A DNA stretch of 63,916 nucleotides, counting the filler, from Ministeria vibrans ATCC 50519 (taxonomy: Eukaryota; Protista; Filasterea), in assembly GCA_943704425.1 (NCBI GenBank). It is 6 parts of 6 records of this genome, joined end to end, with 100 filler letters (N's around TTAATTAATTAA, not from the genome) between each part and the next. Parts side by side here need not be neighbours in the genome. Positions count along the whole stretch, not along the records: positions 14,671 to 39,580 come from CALSCP010002438.1; 5 more parts are not named here. One strand, 5' to 3'. The notes under the pieces were generated by a model. It worked only from the letters and a program-made list of their open reading frames with translations. It was not told the DNA's origin and ran no database searches. The position numbers and the translations under genes are program-made. Shown piece by piece: positions 26,994 through 39,680 of the stretch; positions within the stretch are counted from its first letter, which is position 1, and each line of letters opens with the position of its first letter.

Positions 26994-27361
26994 ACGAAAC
27001 TGCCGCTGTGCACAATTTCCAACCGTTTGAGCACTGCGATCGTGTCACTGTCTGCAGATATGATGAAGAGCAGCACACTTTTTGAGCGGGAGTCACTGCG
27101 CCGTGCAGTTCTGACTGCTTATTGTCCCTCCGTGCTCGTTGAGACCTTTGGTAAGAGACAGTTTGCCCATTCCGCAGCGTGAACTGACATACACATGTTT
27201 GGGCAGGATTGGACAAGATTGCAAGCAACGTCCCTGAGACATACATGCGCGCCATTTTCTGCAAGTATCTCTCGTCGCGCTTTGTCTACCAGGCGGGTCT
27301 GGAGTTTTCGCCCTTTTCTTTCTTCGACTTCCTTACTGACCTGCAGGCCAAGTACTCTTGA
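26994..27361 (+). CDS. Isolated C-terminal 103 aa of Gdh2-type (large) NAD-specific glutamate dehydrogenase; exons 26994-27150 and 27207-27361
   Basis: Splicing GTAAGA..GGGCAG gives TKLPLCTISNRLSTAIVSLSADMMKSSTLFERESLRRAVLTAYCPSVLVETFGLDKIASNVPETYMRAIFCKYLSSRFVYQAGLEFSPFSFFDFLTDLQAKYS*. This fits the fungal Gdh2 C-terminus pattern as I recall it (ISNxLSxxI...LR...P..L....G......N(I/V)PExY....YL(S/A)SxFVYxxG...F.(D/E)F). Preceded by GCTGAC, a long T tract and CAG. Confidence 0.8.
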
Positions 27362-27390
27362 GTCTATTCCACTATTCTGTGTCATGTTTG

Positions 27391-27426
<36 letters not shown>

Positions 27427-27480
27427 CGAGTGAACGAATCAGAATAGAAATTGGAGGAAATTGAATTGTACACTTGAGAA

Positions 27481-28955
27481 TCAGGACGGACTCGCCTTCG
27501 TCTTCTTCTTCTTCTTCTTGTTGTTCTTGGGGCTCGCTGGTGCATCGCCAGGAGTGCTACCAGTAGTCTGCTTGGGAGCCTCAGACGAAGGGTGGGCGGA
27601 TTGTGCCTTGCGGGTGGGAGCAGCAGGGGAAGGGGAGGGGGAAGAGGAGGTCGAGGGTTCGGGTTGGCGCAGTTTGCTCAAAACGCGCCAGGCACTGTCG
27701 GGGAGAGACACATGTCGCTCAAACACAATGCATTCAACGACGGGCTTCACCAGGTCCGGGTGTCCCGATAGGAGGCGATGACGTGCGTCGTAGACCGCAT
27801 TGCGCTGTAGAAGGACAGAAAAACAAGCGGGCGAAAAAAAAAAGTTAAAAAGAAAATTAATAATAATAATTATTAATTATATTGATATAAAAATAAATAA
27901 GAGAGAGAAACAAATAGAGCAACCGAGAGCGAGAGACGTACACACACCCAAATTCAGACATACAACGTAAGACTGACCTGCTCAGTGTGCATTTTGACGG
28001 TCGCTTGGATCCACAGATCTTCTTTGGATTCGACGGGAATTGCAGCAACATGAAGGACTTCCGGATCGGAAACGGAGCGCTAAAGAGACAGAGCAAGAAT
28101 CAAAAGAAGTAGTACAATTTAATATATAATTATATATATTAAAATGTATACCACAAATTCAAAGAAGCGATTGTGATTGCCTGCAAGCACAGACGATTGG
28201 AGTTGCACAAACAGTTGGGGTGTCGTGAGATTTTCAAGCGTTTCGGTGTCGCGTCTGCAAACGACACATAACTGTCAATACATACAAGACCAGTCGCGTC
28301 TTTTCTTACGCCACAATTGCCCGTGTCATGTCCATGTAAAGGGATTGGGCTTCCAAAGCAAACTCTTTCTGAAAACAGCCAAAAGCGATCAGACAGGAGG
28401 AGTGCGATCAGTGGTCACCGTCAAACCTGATTGAACCCTTTCAAGTGCTTGCGCGCATGGAATATCGACACGTACTTGCGCAAGACCATCTTCCAGTCGT
28501 GGATGTAGGCGCTGATGCCTTCGCGAGAGAGCAACGAGCGTCGCTATGAGATGAGTGTCAGACGAACCGTTCAAACACGTCTGCTCTTCACACTGGTCTG
28601 GTTGGGGCCAGACAGGCGTTGCGGTACCTTGACAGGAGGCATATAGTCGTCGACAACGCCCCCGAGCGAGGCCAGAACAGGACGTCGCATGGACTGGCGG
28701 GAGGAGAGGCGTGAGCATTTTGGGCGACGGCGAGAGGGACGCCGCGCACGCGAACGCAGCCGGGCGGCCGTGCGCACCTACCTGCATTTCGATTTGTGCC
28801 TTGGGGTCGCTCATCTGCGCCATCTGCAGCTTCTTGGAGAAGCGCGAAGCCTTGGATGTCGGCTCTGGCTTTTCCGGGACGGTGACGACGAAACGGCGAG
28901 GAGCGCAGAGCAGCGCTGCCGATCGGGCGCGACTGGCCCTGAGCAGCAGAGACAT
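27481..28955 (-). CDS. MRPL45: Mitochondrial ribosomal protein mL45 (Tim44-like domain; MRPL45/Mba1)
   Basis: Seven exons splice in frame: presequence, DDYMPPVKRRSLLSREG, KEFALEAQSLY, WIQATVKMHTEQRNAVYDARHRLLSG...VVECIVFERHV...WRV. Confidence 0.85.
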
Positions 28956-29132
28956 GGTCACGCGTGAAACACTGCCGAGGAGATGAGTAAAACTATTCTT
29001 AACTTAGGACAATAGGACTTTGCAATACCATTGCATAAGGTAAGGGAGACTTTTGTCTTTTCGCTCGACTCATTGATCAATCACTCGACTGACTGACTGA
29101 CTCTCACTATTTTAATTTCTTTTTCTAACAGC

Positions 29133-30128
29133 ATGTCAAAACGTCTTGAAAGTAACGCCGACTGGGATTCAGTCACTGTGCTCGGTCGACCTGGCGCCGG
29201 CGCGGTATGGATGCATTTGTGAGAAGTGTTTTGCTCGACCGAATGTGACGGCGATTGCTTGCTTGCGACTGATGCGGCTCGCGATGCGATGCTGCAGGCG
29301 AGCATTCCCCCCCTCTAGCGACTCGCCGTGTGCTACTCGCCTGTTTGAAAGAACGCTCTTTTTTTTTTCTTTAATATAAGAAATGGATTTCACTCACACA
29401 TCGACTTGTAGGGCAAAGGAAAGCACGCGGCTGTGACATCTGCCATGCGAAAGGGCGACGGTGTGGATACCGTCAAGAAGTGTAAGCAAGCCCCGACAGA
29501 CTTGTTTTTCAAGCGAGTGTCATATTTCAAAGTTCGCCACTGCGAATCCATTCCGAAACAGCCGTCCCCAGCGCGCCCCGGCCTGAGTGGGGTGGCGCCG
29601 CACATAACCTGTATTGCGTGGGATCCTCCCGCAGCATTTTGCGTGTGCAGGTTGCGTTAACGCGCCGCTCAACGGAAAAAACGAGAAAAACGAGAAAAAA
29701 AATAATATTAATAATTTTACATTTGCCTCTGCTGTGCTCGCCAATGGCGTCTACGGCGGGGTGCGTGCACACGACGCAGGCACGGCGCGGTGGGTGATCT
29801 GTGCATGGGCTGCATTCGCCAGAGGGGCTCGTGTGTGCTGCGCAGTGCTGTCGTTCCCTTCTCATCCGTCTCGTCTTCTCTTGTCTCTCTCCCATCGCAG
29901 TCGGCGGAGGCGAAAACCGCGCCCACTCGTCGTCGATCGACACAGCCAAGCTGGACCGCGAGACGGACGCGATGCAGCGTACGTTGAGATCCCGCACGCA
30001 GCACTCCATTGTCTGATGTACTGTTTGTGTAGACGATCGTGTTTCGCTGAGCGTCGGCAAGGCCATTCAGCAGGGCCGCATGGCACTGTCTATGACTCAA
30101 AAAGATCTAGCAACGGTATGTTCGTGTA

Positions 30129-30159
<31 letters not shown>

Positions 30160-30433
30160 TTGACACCAACGTGGTGTGCCATTCTAACTGGACTCTTTCT
30201 TCTTCAGAAAATCAACGAAAAACCGACAGTGATCAACGAGTACGAGGCGGGTCGCGCCATTCCCAACCAACAAGGTGCGATTGGCGGTGCTTCACTACTT
30301 TGCTTTGTTCTTATGATCTTATGCTTGTGTGTATGTGTCTTTAGTGTTGTCGAAGATTGAGCGAGCAATCAAGGTGAAACTTCGCGGAAAGGACATTGGT
30401 TCACCATTGGCCGGTCCGTCCAAGAAGAAGTAG
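29133..30433 (+). CDS. EDF1: Multiprotein bridging factor 1 (MBF1/EDF1)
   Basis: Six coding exons: [74 protein letters not shown]. Probable 5'UTR intron at 29040-29131. Confidence 0.95.
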
Positions 30434-30619
30434 GCGATATCGAGACGGCTGGTACATGTTCGTCGTCCGTTTCCACTTGGGAACGTGTCAGTGTGCGTGT
30501 GCGGGGATGGAAATGACAGAGAGAGGAAGGAGTAGAGATTGTAAAGAAGTTTCCCAAGTTCAAAACTATCGTCGAAAATCGAAATAGTATTATTCATCGT
30601 TGTTAATTGCCCTGCCAAC

Positions 30620-33600
30620 ATGGAAGAACAAGAGCTGCTTCAGACACTCGCCAATACGTTCTGTGCAGACGCCACACTGCGCAAGGCCGCGGAAGCTCAA
30701 TTGCTGCAAGTATGCCTCGCTCTGGTCCTGCTGCGGCCTCCTCCCTCTCTTCCCTCCCGTGCGACCATGTGTCGACACATGTACACAGCCCCCTGGGCAG
30801 TGTACTTTCCCAATCTCCCTGTCAGAAGGCATTCTTGGCCGTTTCCAAATTGACTTGTTCAACTCCACGTGAAACTCCTCCTGTACCTCTATTTGATGCG
30901 TTCTGCCGCCGAGCCCACTCCTTACAATGGGTGACACCCTACAGTGCCCCGAATTGAGCTCCTGCGACTGCTCCCATCGGCTCTTCCGCTCCTGACACAT
31001 TTTTTTCTCCTTTCACCGCAGTTCAACTCGGCACCCGCCTTTCCCGTCTACCTCCTGCGACTGTCTGCCGCCGAGGGTGCCGATCCCCAGTGTCGGCTCG
31101 CGGGCTCCATTTATCTGAAGAATCTTGTTGTGAAGTACTGGCGACCACGCGCAGACCCAACCGTCTTCTGCATCAGCGACGACGACAAGGCCGTCATCCG
31201 CAGCAACATCATCAGTGCGGTTGTGAGCGTGTCCGACAATCGCCAGTACGATTATATATCGATGCAGTTATAGTTATGGTGTGTGTGTGTGTGTGTGTGT
31301 ATGTTTTTCTGTGTGTACGTTTGTTGTGTGTGTGTGTGTGTGTCATTCGTATGAGAGACTAAGGAGATAGTGCGTCTGTTTTTTGCGCAGGAGGGAAATG
31401 CTTTTGTTGGTGCTTGTTGAGGTCTTTAACCAAGACTTTTGCAAGGGACTTTTCAACGAGAGTGTTGATCAACTGACAACACTACTGAGCGAACACGCCA
31501 ACAACGTCACCGTGCTCCCGTCCGTTCTTCTCTGTGTCTATCAGCTCATCAAGGCATTCAAGTACTCACAGAACCGTTCGGCCCTATTCAATGCGCTTGC
31601 GGTGCTCTTGCCCCCACTGCTGGCCGTCACTTCGGCGCACATGGACAATTCGCTTGAGCACGCCTACCTCCACCACACGGCCATCAAAATTATCTACGGA
31701 GCCTTGCAGGTACTGAACTGGTTGGTTCTCATTGCTCTCTTCTCATGGGAGTGTGCTTTTTTGTTTCCAGTTTGATCTCCCCGAGTGCCTGGCTCAGCAG
31801 GACATGCTTGATGCGTGGGTGCAGCTGTGCCTACGCATTGTCGCCATGCCCATTCCCGAGCAAGTGCTGTGCGACCATGAGCACGATTTGGCCGTACGCC
31901 CTCTCTTGCACCCCTTTCCTCCTCTCACTTTATTCTGTTCTTTTCTTTCCTTCCTCCCTTTCGGCAGTGTGTCACCGAGACCCCTTGGGCCAAGGCACAA
32001 AAGTGGTCGGCAGCAGTCATTGAGCGACTCTTTGAAAGGTATACTACGCACAGTGGGAAGGACGTGTTCCTACACACCTCACAATTCGCTCTTGCTTGTC
32101 TTTCCCTCCTTTTGCTTGCGTGTGACAGATATGGACATGAGGGGATGTGCGAAGACTGCTACCAGGGATTTGCCAAGGAATTTCCCCTGCGCTACTCCGA
32201 GTCCATCGTCAACACCTTTATGGGTGTTCTCACTGCCTCTCGAAACGGCGCGTACCTTTCGCCACGCGTTCTCCACAAGATCCTGTCCTACTTGAAGAAT
32301 GCGTACGCGCGGCCCGTCTCACGTGCCTCCGTCTTCTTCTTCTTATCGCGTTCATTCTCTCTCACGTAGTATCACACACAAGGTGCCGTGGCAGCTCCTG
32401 CGCCCCAATCTCAACAGCTTGATCATGCAAATCATTTGGCCCCTCTTTGCCAGTTCGCACGAGAGCATGGAGCTCTTCCACGACGACCCTGTTGAGTACA
32501 TTCGTTCACGTGTACGACCAATAACATGTCGCGATGACCCGGGCAACGCTTACAAATGCATTTTTTTCCCCCTCTTTATCATTTTCTTTCGTTCTCCTCC
32601 GTTGCTCTTTCCCTCTTTCTCCCCATCCCTTTCTTTCTTTATCTACTTTGTCTTTTCTCCTTTTGTTTGTTTCCTTCCTCTTTGTATATAGTTTGACGTA
32701 TACAACGACTTGCGTGATCCAGTGACTGCAGCGACGGCGTTTGTGGCCGAGTTGGTGCGGACGCGTCGCAAGCACTCGCTGGGAATGCTGATCCAGTTGA
32801 TTCAGACGACACTGACCCAGTGCCTCAACATGGAGGATTACTCGGTGATGTGCGAGGGCGAAGACCAGCTGACGGGCTTGCAGCGCTTTGATGCTGCTCT
32901 GCATCTGTGCGGGGTGCTGTCCAACGATATTGTCAAGCTCAACCGCAAGGATCAACCGGGCCTCGTTGACTTCTTCTTCTCGACCTTTGTCACGCCGTTG
33001 CTCACGGGAACCCACCCGGCTGGCCGCGACCATGCCATTCTACGTTTCCGTGCGTGCTTTGTGGCTCAACGCTTCTTAGGCGAATCTGCCTTCAAGAACC
33101 GTCAGGTGTACGAGGAGTGCGTGCTGGCGACGCTCAATCGCGGTCTTGATGTCCACGAGACACTTCCGGTGCGCATGGTTGCTTTCATGGCCATTCAGAT
33201 GAGCACTTCCCAGCCGCTGAGTAAGTGCACTTGTCTCTTGTTTCTCATAGTTGGATTTTGAATAATATTGGTCTGTCTTCTATTGTGCATAATTTTGCAT
33301 AGGCAAACAAATCATTCTTGATCGAATTGAAGCAATCATTCTGGAGCTGTTGAACCTGACGAGAGCCATTGAATGCGACGAACTCCCCTCTGTGTTAACG
33401 TGTCTGCTGCGAGAGTACGCACTGCAGTTGGGTGGACTGGTTCCGCGCATTCTTCAGAGTCTGTCGACTCTGCTGGTTGAGGTGGTTGATCAGGGCGTGG
33501 GTCCCGAGGACGACCCCGAGGGCGCACGAGGTACGCAGACAAAGTGCATCTCCGCTTGAGACGCGCACGTGTGTAACTGTGAGTCTGTGTGATAGGAATG

Positions 33601-35845
33601 TTGGTGGGAAGCCTGTTGAACAGCGTGTCGGTGCTGTTGTGTGCATCGGAGCGCACGGCTGAGTTCATCTTCTCGGTCGCGCCCATTCTTGCGCCAGTGT
33701 TTCATGCCTTTCTCGGCCATCACTCGGTCAGTGACTTTATGGACGACTTTGCGGCTATTTTGGACGACTTAGTGTCGCCGCTGGACGAGGGTGAGAACAA
33801 CATTCCGCCCGTGCTGTGGGAGGTTGCGACGACCATGATCCAGTTCATGCTCAAGGACGAAACGGCCTTCCTCTACTTCCAAGGTTTGTATTTCGTTCCA
33901 ATCAAGCCCGCACCACCTCAATCTCTCTTTTTCTTTTCTTTTTTTTCTTTTTTTTTCTCTTTCTCTTTGTTGTTGCTTTCACAGAGGTTGAGCCCATTCT
34001 GGAGCAGTATGTTGATCGCGCGTCCGGTGTCTTCAAAGAGAATGCTGAAGTGTGTGAAATGTTCTTTGGTCTCATTCAAGCTGTAAGATGTGGTCTTTTA
34101 TCGACGTTGTTTGATTTGTTTCTATACCTCTGTCTCTTTCTCTCGTGTATCGTTCGCGGTGTGTATTCCTTTTCTGACATTGAGAATTTCTTATCGACGT
34201 TGTTTGATTTGTTTCTATCCCCCTGTTTCTTTCTCTCGTGTATCGTTCCTTTTCTGACATTGAGAATTGCCTTGTCTACCTTTTGGTTTGTTTCTCTCTA
34301 TCTCTCTGCGACACTTGTATCGCGTTTATTCATGAATTTGTTTCATATCGTTTTTCTTATGTGTTTGACTGGTGTATTGGATAGATGTTGGCGAGTGAAG
34401 ACGAGTCGAGCGATGGTTCGATGGCTGCGCGTGCTTGCATGCTTATGGAGCACTTTATGTTCCATGTGGGCAACGAGGGGCACATGTCGAGGGTGAGCAC
34501 ACTACCGCTCGCCTCGCACTGCATTAAACGACTATGACTGTAGTACTTTGGTCCGATGATTGAGTTGGTTGCGGAGGCTGCGCTGGGCACGGACGATAAG
34601 CACATCAACTACTCCGATTGGTGCCTCCAAGTGGTACGCTCTCGTATTGTGATGCATTTTTCTGATTCCCGTCCGTCTCGTGCACAGCTCATTGATGCGC
34701 TCTATGCGGACCCTATTGCCGCCATTACGGTTTTTGAGCAGATCCATCCCTTTGGTCAGCAGACTTCTCTCACTTCCCTCTTTCTCACCCAATGGCTTCA
34801 AAAACTCGATCGATTCACTGTGTACGCAACAAAACAATGTCCACAGACAACTTAATATTATTGTATTTGGGTTTATAATGATATTTTCTTTTTCTTTTGG
34901 GTAGATTCCGTGATATGAAGATCAACGTGCTTGCACTGTCGCGCCTGATGGAGACAGACGTGGCGACGCTACCGGGGGCGGTGCAGAGTGCATGGTCGTA
35001 TGCGCTACCGGTCGTGATCCGCATGTTTACCGAAATTCGCGTGATTCAGGAGAAGAAGACGGAGGTGCTACAAGAGCTGTCGCGTATGGACGACGAGGCT
35101 GAGCAGGACACCACGGCCGAAGAGCGTGACGTGCCCGACGACTACGGTGAGAGCCCACACACACACACACACACAAACATAAACGCTCATTTCTCATTTT
35201 TCTTTCTATCTGTGTGTATGTGTGTGTCGTGGCAGAGGACCTCTCTGACGAGGAAGTTTACCAAGATCAAAATCACAAGGACTACATTGAATTTCTCGCG
35301 TCCAAAGTACTCCGAACGATTTGCATTTGCACACACACTAATATCTCGTCAATCCATCATTCCCATCTTTCGTTTTGCTCTGTAGATTCGCTCTGCTGCT
35401 CCCCACGATGAATTTGGCGACGACGACGACGATGAAGACGATGATGCTATCTTTGAAAATGCTCTTCCCGACATTGATGAGTTTGTACGTGTCTACCCAA
35501 TTGTTTTTTTTAATTCAATTTTTGTTCTGTTCTTGTCTCTTTTGCAGATTTTCTTTGCAGATCGGTTCAACGCACTGCGCGAGCGATCTCCGGAGGCGTA
35601 TGCATTACTGACGCAGCAGGTGGATGCAGACGCTGGCCAGTGCGAGACATTGTCGTCCATATTGGCCGAGGCTGACCATCGCCGTCAAGTCAAGCGTACG
35701 CCGCGCTCCCTTCTTCCCTCCTTCCCTAACCCTCATTTCTTACGTCTTTGTAGAGTCCGAAGAACTCGCCCAGACAGGCTTCCAATTCAATCCCGCTGCT
35801 CCTTTGAACATGTCCTTTGGCGCGAGCAATCCCTTTCCGCAATAG
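30620..35845 (+). CDS. Importin-7/8 (Nmd5-like) karyopherin beta
   Basis: Many-exon model: LRKAAEAQL, RLAGSIYLKNLVVKYW, PWAKAQKWS..IERLFERYG, ELFHDDPVEYIR, LRFRAC, LPVRMVA, acidic loops, C-terminal GFQFNP..MSFG. Confidence 0.88.
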
Positions 35846-35923
35846 AGTCATTCTAAAATTTACAAGCCTTTCTTGCGCTTCTTTTCTTTTTATTTTTTGT
35901 CTTTTACACACTGTTCGAGTTGG

Positions 35924-37284
35924 TTAGCGCCATTGCATGACCTGAGGAAGGCTCTTGCGCGTGAGGGCAGGCACGGTGGCGTCGTCAGCAGGGTAGCCTA
36001 CAGGGAGCAGCAGGAGGACCTTTTCGTGAGAGGGACGTCCCAGCAGGGCGCGTAGAGCGGGACCCGTGTTGAGGGGCGTGCTCGTGAGCGTGCATAAACC
36101 CGCCTGATGCACTGCCGCAACAAGAAGACCCGCTGCGATACCACTTGATATCTCGTGATAGTAATGCGTCACCTTGGAGCCGTCTGCTGCTTTGCCGTAC
36201 GGCTACGTGAAAGAAAAGGAGTAAGATTAGTCGGAGGAGCAGACAGGATATAGAGTCAAAGAACAACATATATATAGAGTCAAAGAACAACATATTCATA
36301 CCTGTTTAAACATGACGATGAGGACGGGCGCCGTCTCAAGATAGGGTTTAGACCAGGACGTACCAAACGGCTTCAAGTCTTCAACCCATTTTGCGCCCAT
36401 TCTCCGCTCATAGTTTTCCTTCTCTTCTCGCTCCACTGCCTCACGAATGCTGCGCTTCATTTCGGCCGTGCGTATCGCAACAAAGAACCAAGGCTGTGTG
36501 TGTGCACCAGACGGCGCGGAGCTGGCAGCCATTATGACATTTTCAATGACTACATGTAACAATGTATCACTTACACACCGATACTCACCACTGCTCCACA
36601 CTCGTAAATACACAATACACAATAACATCATCAAACTTCATCGAACATCATCATCAGCACACACACACACACACTAAGCACACACACACACACACTAAGC
36701 ACACACACACACTAAGCACACACATTATAAGCGCGCACACACACTAAGTACACTAAGCGCACACACACACTAAGCACACTAAGCACACACACTAAGCGCA
36801 CCAAGGACACTAAGCACACTGAGCACATACACTACGCACACGAAGCACACACTCGCATTCGCATTCACTCAACACCAGACCGCTTGTAGACTCCACGTAC
36901 CGCTGTTGGGAATGTTTCGCGAGGAGAATGTGCGAACGGACCGCCGTTGATTGATCTCTTTGTAAAAGGTGTTTGCTCGTTCAACAATCTCCGCCTCTGT
37001 ACGGGATGTGAAGCGAAGAGGCACCATCGGCACGCCAGAGGTGCGAGCCACGGGGTGCTCTTCGTCTGCTCCCTCGTCACCTCTCATGGGGGAGCGCATC
37101 ATGCGCCGCTGATGCGAAGAGGAGAGAGTGTGTGTGTGAGTGAGATGGTCGCGCAAAGAAGTTCGACCGGTACCGCGAGAAGCAGGGTGGCGAGCGCCAT
37201 GGCCACAAGCACAACTAGCTCAGCTCCATCAGCACCCTCGACACGGTCAAGTCCCGCCCGGATCCACCCCGCGATCACGCCCAT
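35924..37284 (-). CDS. IYD: Iodotyrosine deiodinase (nitroreductase family) with N-terminal membrane anchor
   Basis: Four exons: [93 protein letters not shown]. Confidence 0.92.
36655..36852. repeat. (CA)n-derived repeat with recurring CTAAG interruptions (IYD intron)
   Basis: CACACTAAGCACAC and variants, about ten times. Confidence 0.85.
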
Positions 37285-37425
37285 ACGAAAGAAAGAAAAT
37301 TAGTGGGCGCACAAAATTAAAATTAATCAAAAGATAAGATGATCCTTCTTTCTGAATTTAACATATTTCTACAAAGTTTGACACACCGCAACGTGGCTGG
37401 GTTGTGCGCCTCATCTCAGTTGCTA

Positions 37426-39413
37426 ATGACCGAGCGCACTGCGAGTGCGATTGCGGACGAACTTGCAGAAGGGTTTGCCAAATTTGGCCATCCTGCAGCC
37501 ACGACGTCGGCCGCTGTGAAGGGGCAGCCACAGGCCTTGGTCGTGCCTTCCGCCAGTGTGGTGCACGACCAGCCGGGCGTCGCTGCGAGTGCAAGCCACA
37601 GTCGAGTGCCTTGCGAAGTGTACGAAAACCAACGCAGCGGTAAGTGCGCACACTCCCGACCGCTCCTCGACACACTCTCTCTGCACCGGCGCACCCCTGC
37701 CTGCTTGCATGGCCCCCAACTGTATGTTCAATTGCGCAATGGCGCTGAAGATATCCCATCTGCTCTTGCGCACTCCCTCTCCTCTCTCTCTCCCTCTCTC
37801 CTTTCTCACCCCTCCTTCGTCCCCTCCGCAGGTCTCATTGGAAAGTTTAGTGAGCACCTGCTGCTCCCCGGCGAGCGTGCGCACTTCACGGATCTGGACG
37901 GCAACGCCAAAACCAAATTGGACAGCCAACTTCCGTCGACGGACTGGCGATGGTCTGGACAGTGGGCCATTGAGCGCAATGAGCAAACCGACGCCGATGG
38001 TAGGGCCGCGCTAGTGGTTGCATCGTTCTGTGTGTGTGTGCGTGTGTGTGTGTATGTATGTGTGTGTGTGTATGTATGTGTGTGTGTGTGTGTAGCGTTG
38101 TCTCTAAACGACTCCCTTTGCTGGCAGGTTGGCAGTACGCCGTTCATTGGATGGGCGACTTCACGCGCGCTCTTCGCCCCGAAACATTTGTGCGACGCCG
38201 AAAGTGGACGCGTTTTATGGAATACTGCCCGCAACAAGTGGAGAGTGTCGTGAAGGATAGCACGCAGCCTGCCGAAGGGAATGCCAGCGACGGTGCTGAT
38301 GTGAACTTGGGTCGCGCCACCGGCAGCGAGGAGCAGCCACACGTGAGCGAAGCACCCCTGAGCTTTTCACCGCCCACATCGAGACGTACGCCGTCTCCTG
38401 CTGTCACAATACCCGTCAAGCCTGGGCTGCCTGTGCGCACCGCCAGTCTGCTGCACAAGAAATCACCAGACGCGAACACGACCACCAAGACGGCGGTGCG
38501 CCACCGACGACAGCGTAGTCTGTCAATGTCATCGCACTGCGATGACACGGCGGCATCTTCGCCACTCAAACGTGAGAGTACATTAGGAAGCGATCAGATG
38601 CGCGACGTCGTCGGCTCGCGCTTGTCCATGCCTCCTTCCTCTGCGTCCACCAGTGTCCCCCCGTCGCCTGTGCGTCGACCCGCATCCACGACGAGCGTCG
38701 TCAGCGCAAATGCCAGTGCATCCGGCACATCCAGTGATGTAGGAGTGCGCGTGCGTCTGGAGGAGCAAGTGAAGGAAAAGACGTCGGCATTGCACTTTAT
38801 GGGTCAGCAGATGCGCGCGTACGAGGCCGAGCTGAAGCGGAAGAAGACGGAAATTGAGCGAATTCAATTGGCACACTCCAATGAAATTACGAAAATGGCG
38901 ACGCAGCGGCGACGCATCGAGGAGCAGTTGCAACGGGAGCGCAGTAAAAGCAAGGCGCGTCGACGAGGGCTGGGAGGCTCACGGGCTACTGCGTTGGGCC
39001 CATTCGGGTCGTCAGACGACGACGACGATAATGACGGTAGTGGGGCAAGGATCAGCTCTGGCGGTGGTGTACAAGAAGTGGTTGTGCAGCAACCACGGAG
39101 TACGGCCAGTATGTCACTACAGACCATGACAATGGAAGGCATTGATGACGCTTCCGACGCGCCAATGCAGCAACCGGTGATGAAACGAGCCCCTCAAAAA
39201 GTGATGGTGACGGACGTGGTGTATGAGAACCAACGAAGCGGACTGGTCGGGTCGTTTAGCGACAAGTGGATGGCCCTCGATCTGCGTGGTCTGTGGAGCG
39301 ACGAGAACGACGACAAGTGTCCAGAGGTCTCACAGATTGCTGTACCTGAGGGGTGGACTGCGAGTGACTGGTCCATTGTCATTGACGAGAGCACAGACGC
39401 CGACGGCTGGATG
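37426..39413 (+). CDS. Dysferlin (DysF) domain protein with two DysF units and a central coiled coil, 3' truncated
   Basis: EVYENQR...LPSTDWRWSGQWAI...TDADGWQYA...VRRRKWTR, then a second VYENQR...VPEGW..SDWSI..TDADGW. Confidence 0.8.
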
Positions 39414-39525
39414 GTACGTCCTTTTTATGTCGCTCTTCCATCGTGGTGACTCTATCACTTCATGTCTTTCTCTCTCTCGATTCTCTATTATCCCTATCTC
39501 TTTGTTTTGTTCTCTCTCTCTATCA

Positions 39526-39580
<55 letters not shown>

Positions 39581-39680
39581 NNNNNNNNNNNNNNNNNNNN
39601 NNNNNNNNNNNNNNNNNNNNNNNNTTAATTAATTAANNNNNNNNNNNNNNNNNNNNNNNNNNNNNNNNNNNNNNNNNNNN
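39581..39680. other. Artificial contig linker
   Basis: N44-TTAATTAATTAA-N44. Confidence 0.97.

Noticed and set aside
26766-27085. Signal-peptide-like ORF MRSPLVVVVAVASL spliced to a frame with in-frame TGA (selenoprotein?)
   Set aside because: Another frame of the same exon is the conserved GDH peptide. There is no CxxU context or evident SECIS, and a second stop follows.
27119-27385. Minus-strand ORF MTQNSGIDSR
   Set aside because: Antisense shadow of the plus-strand GDH exons; no consistent splice model.
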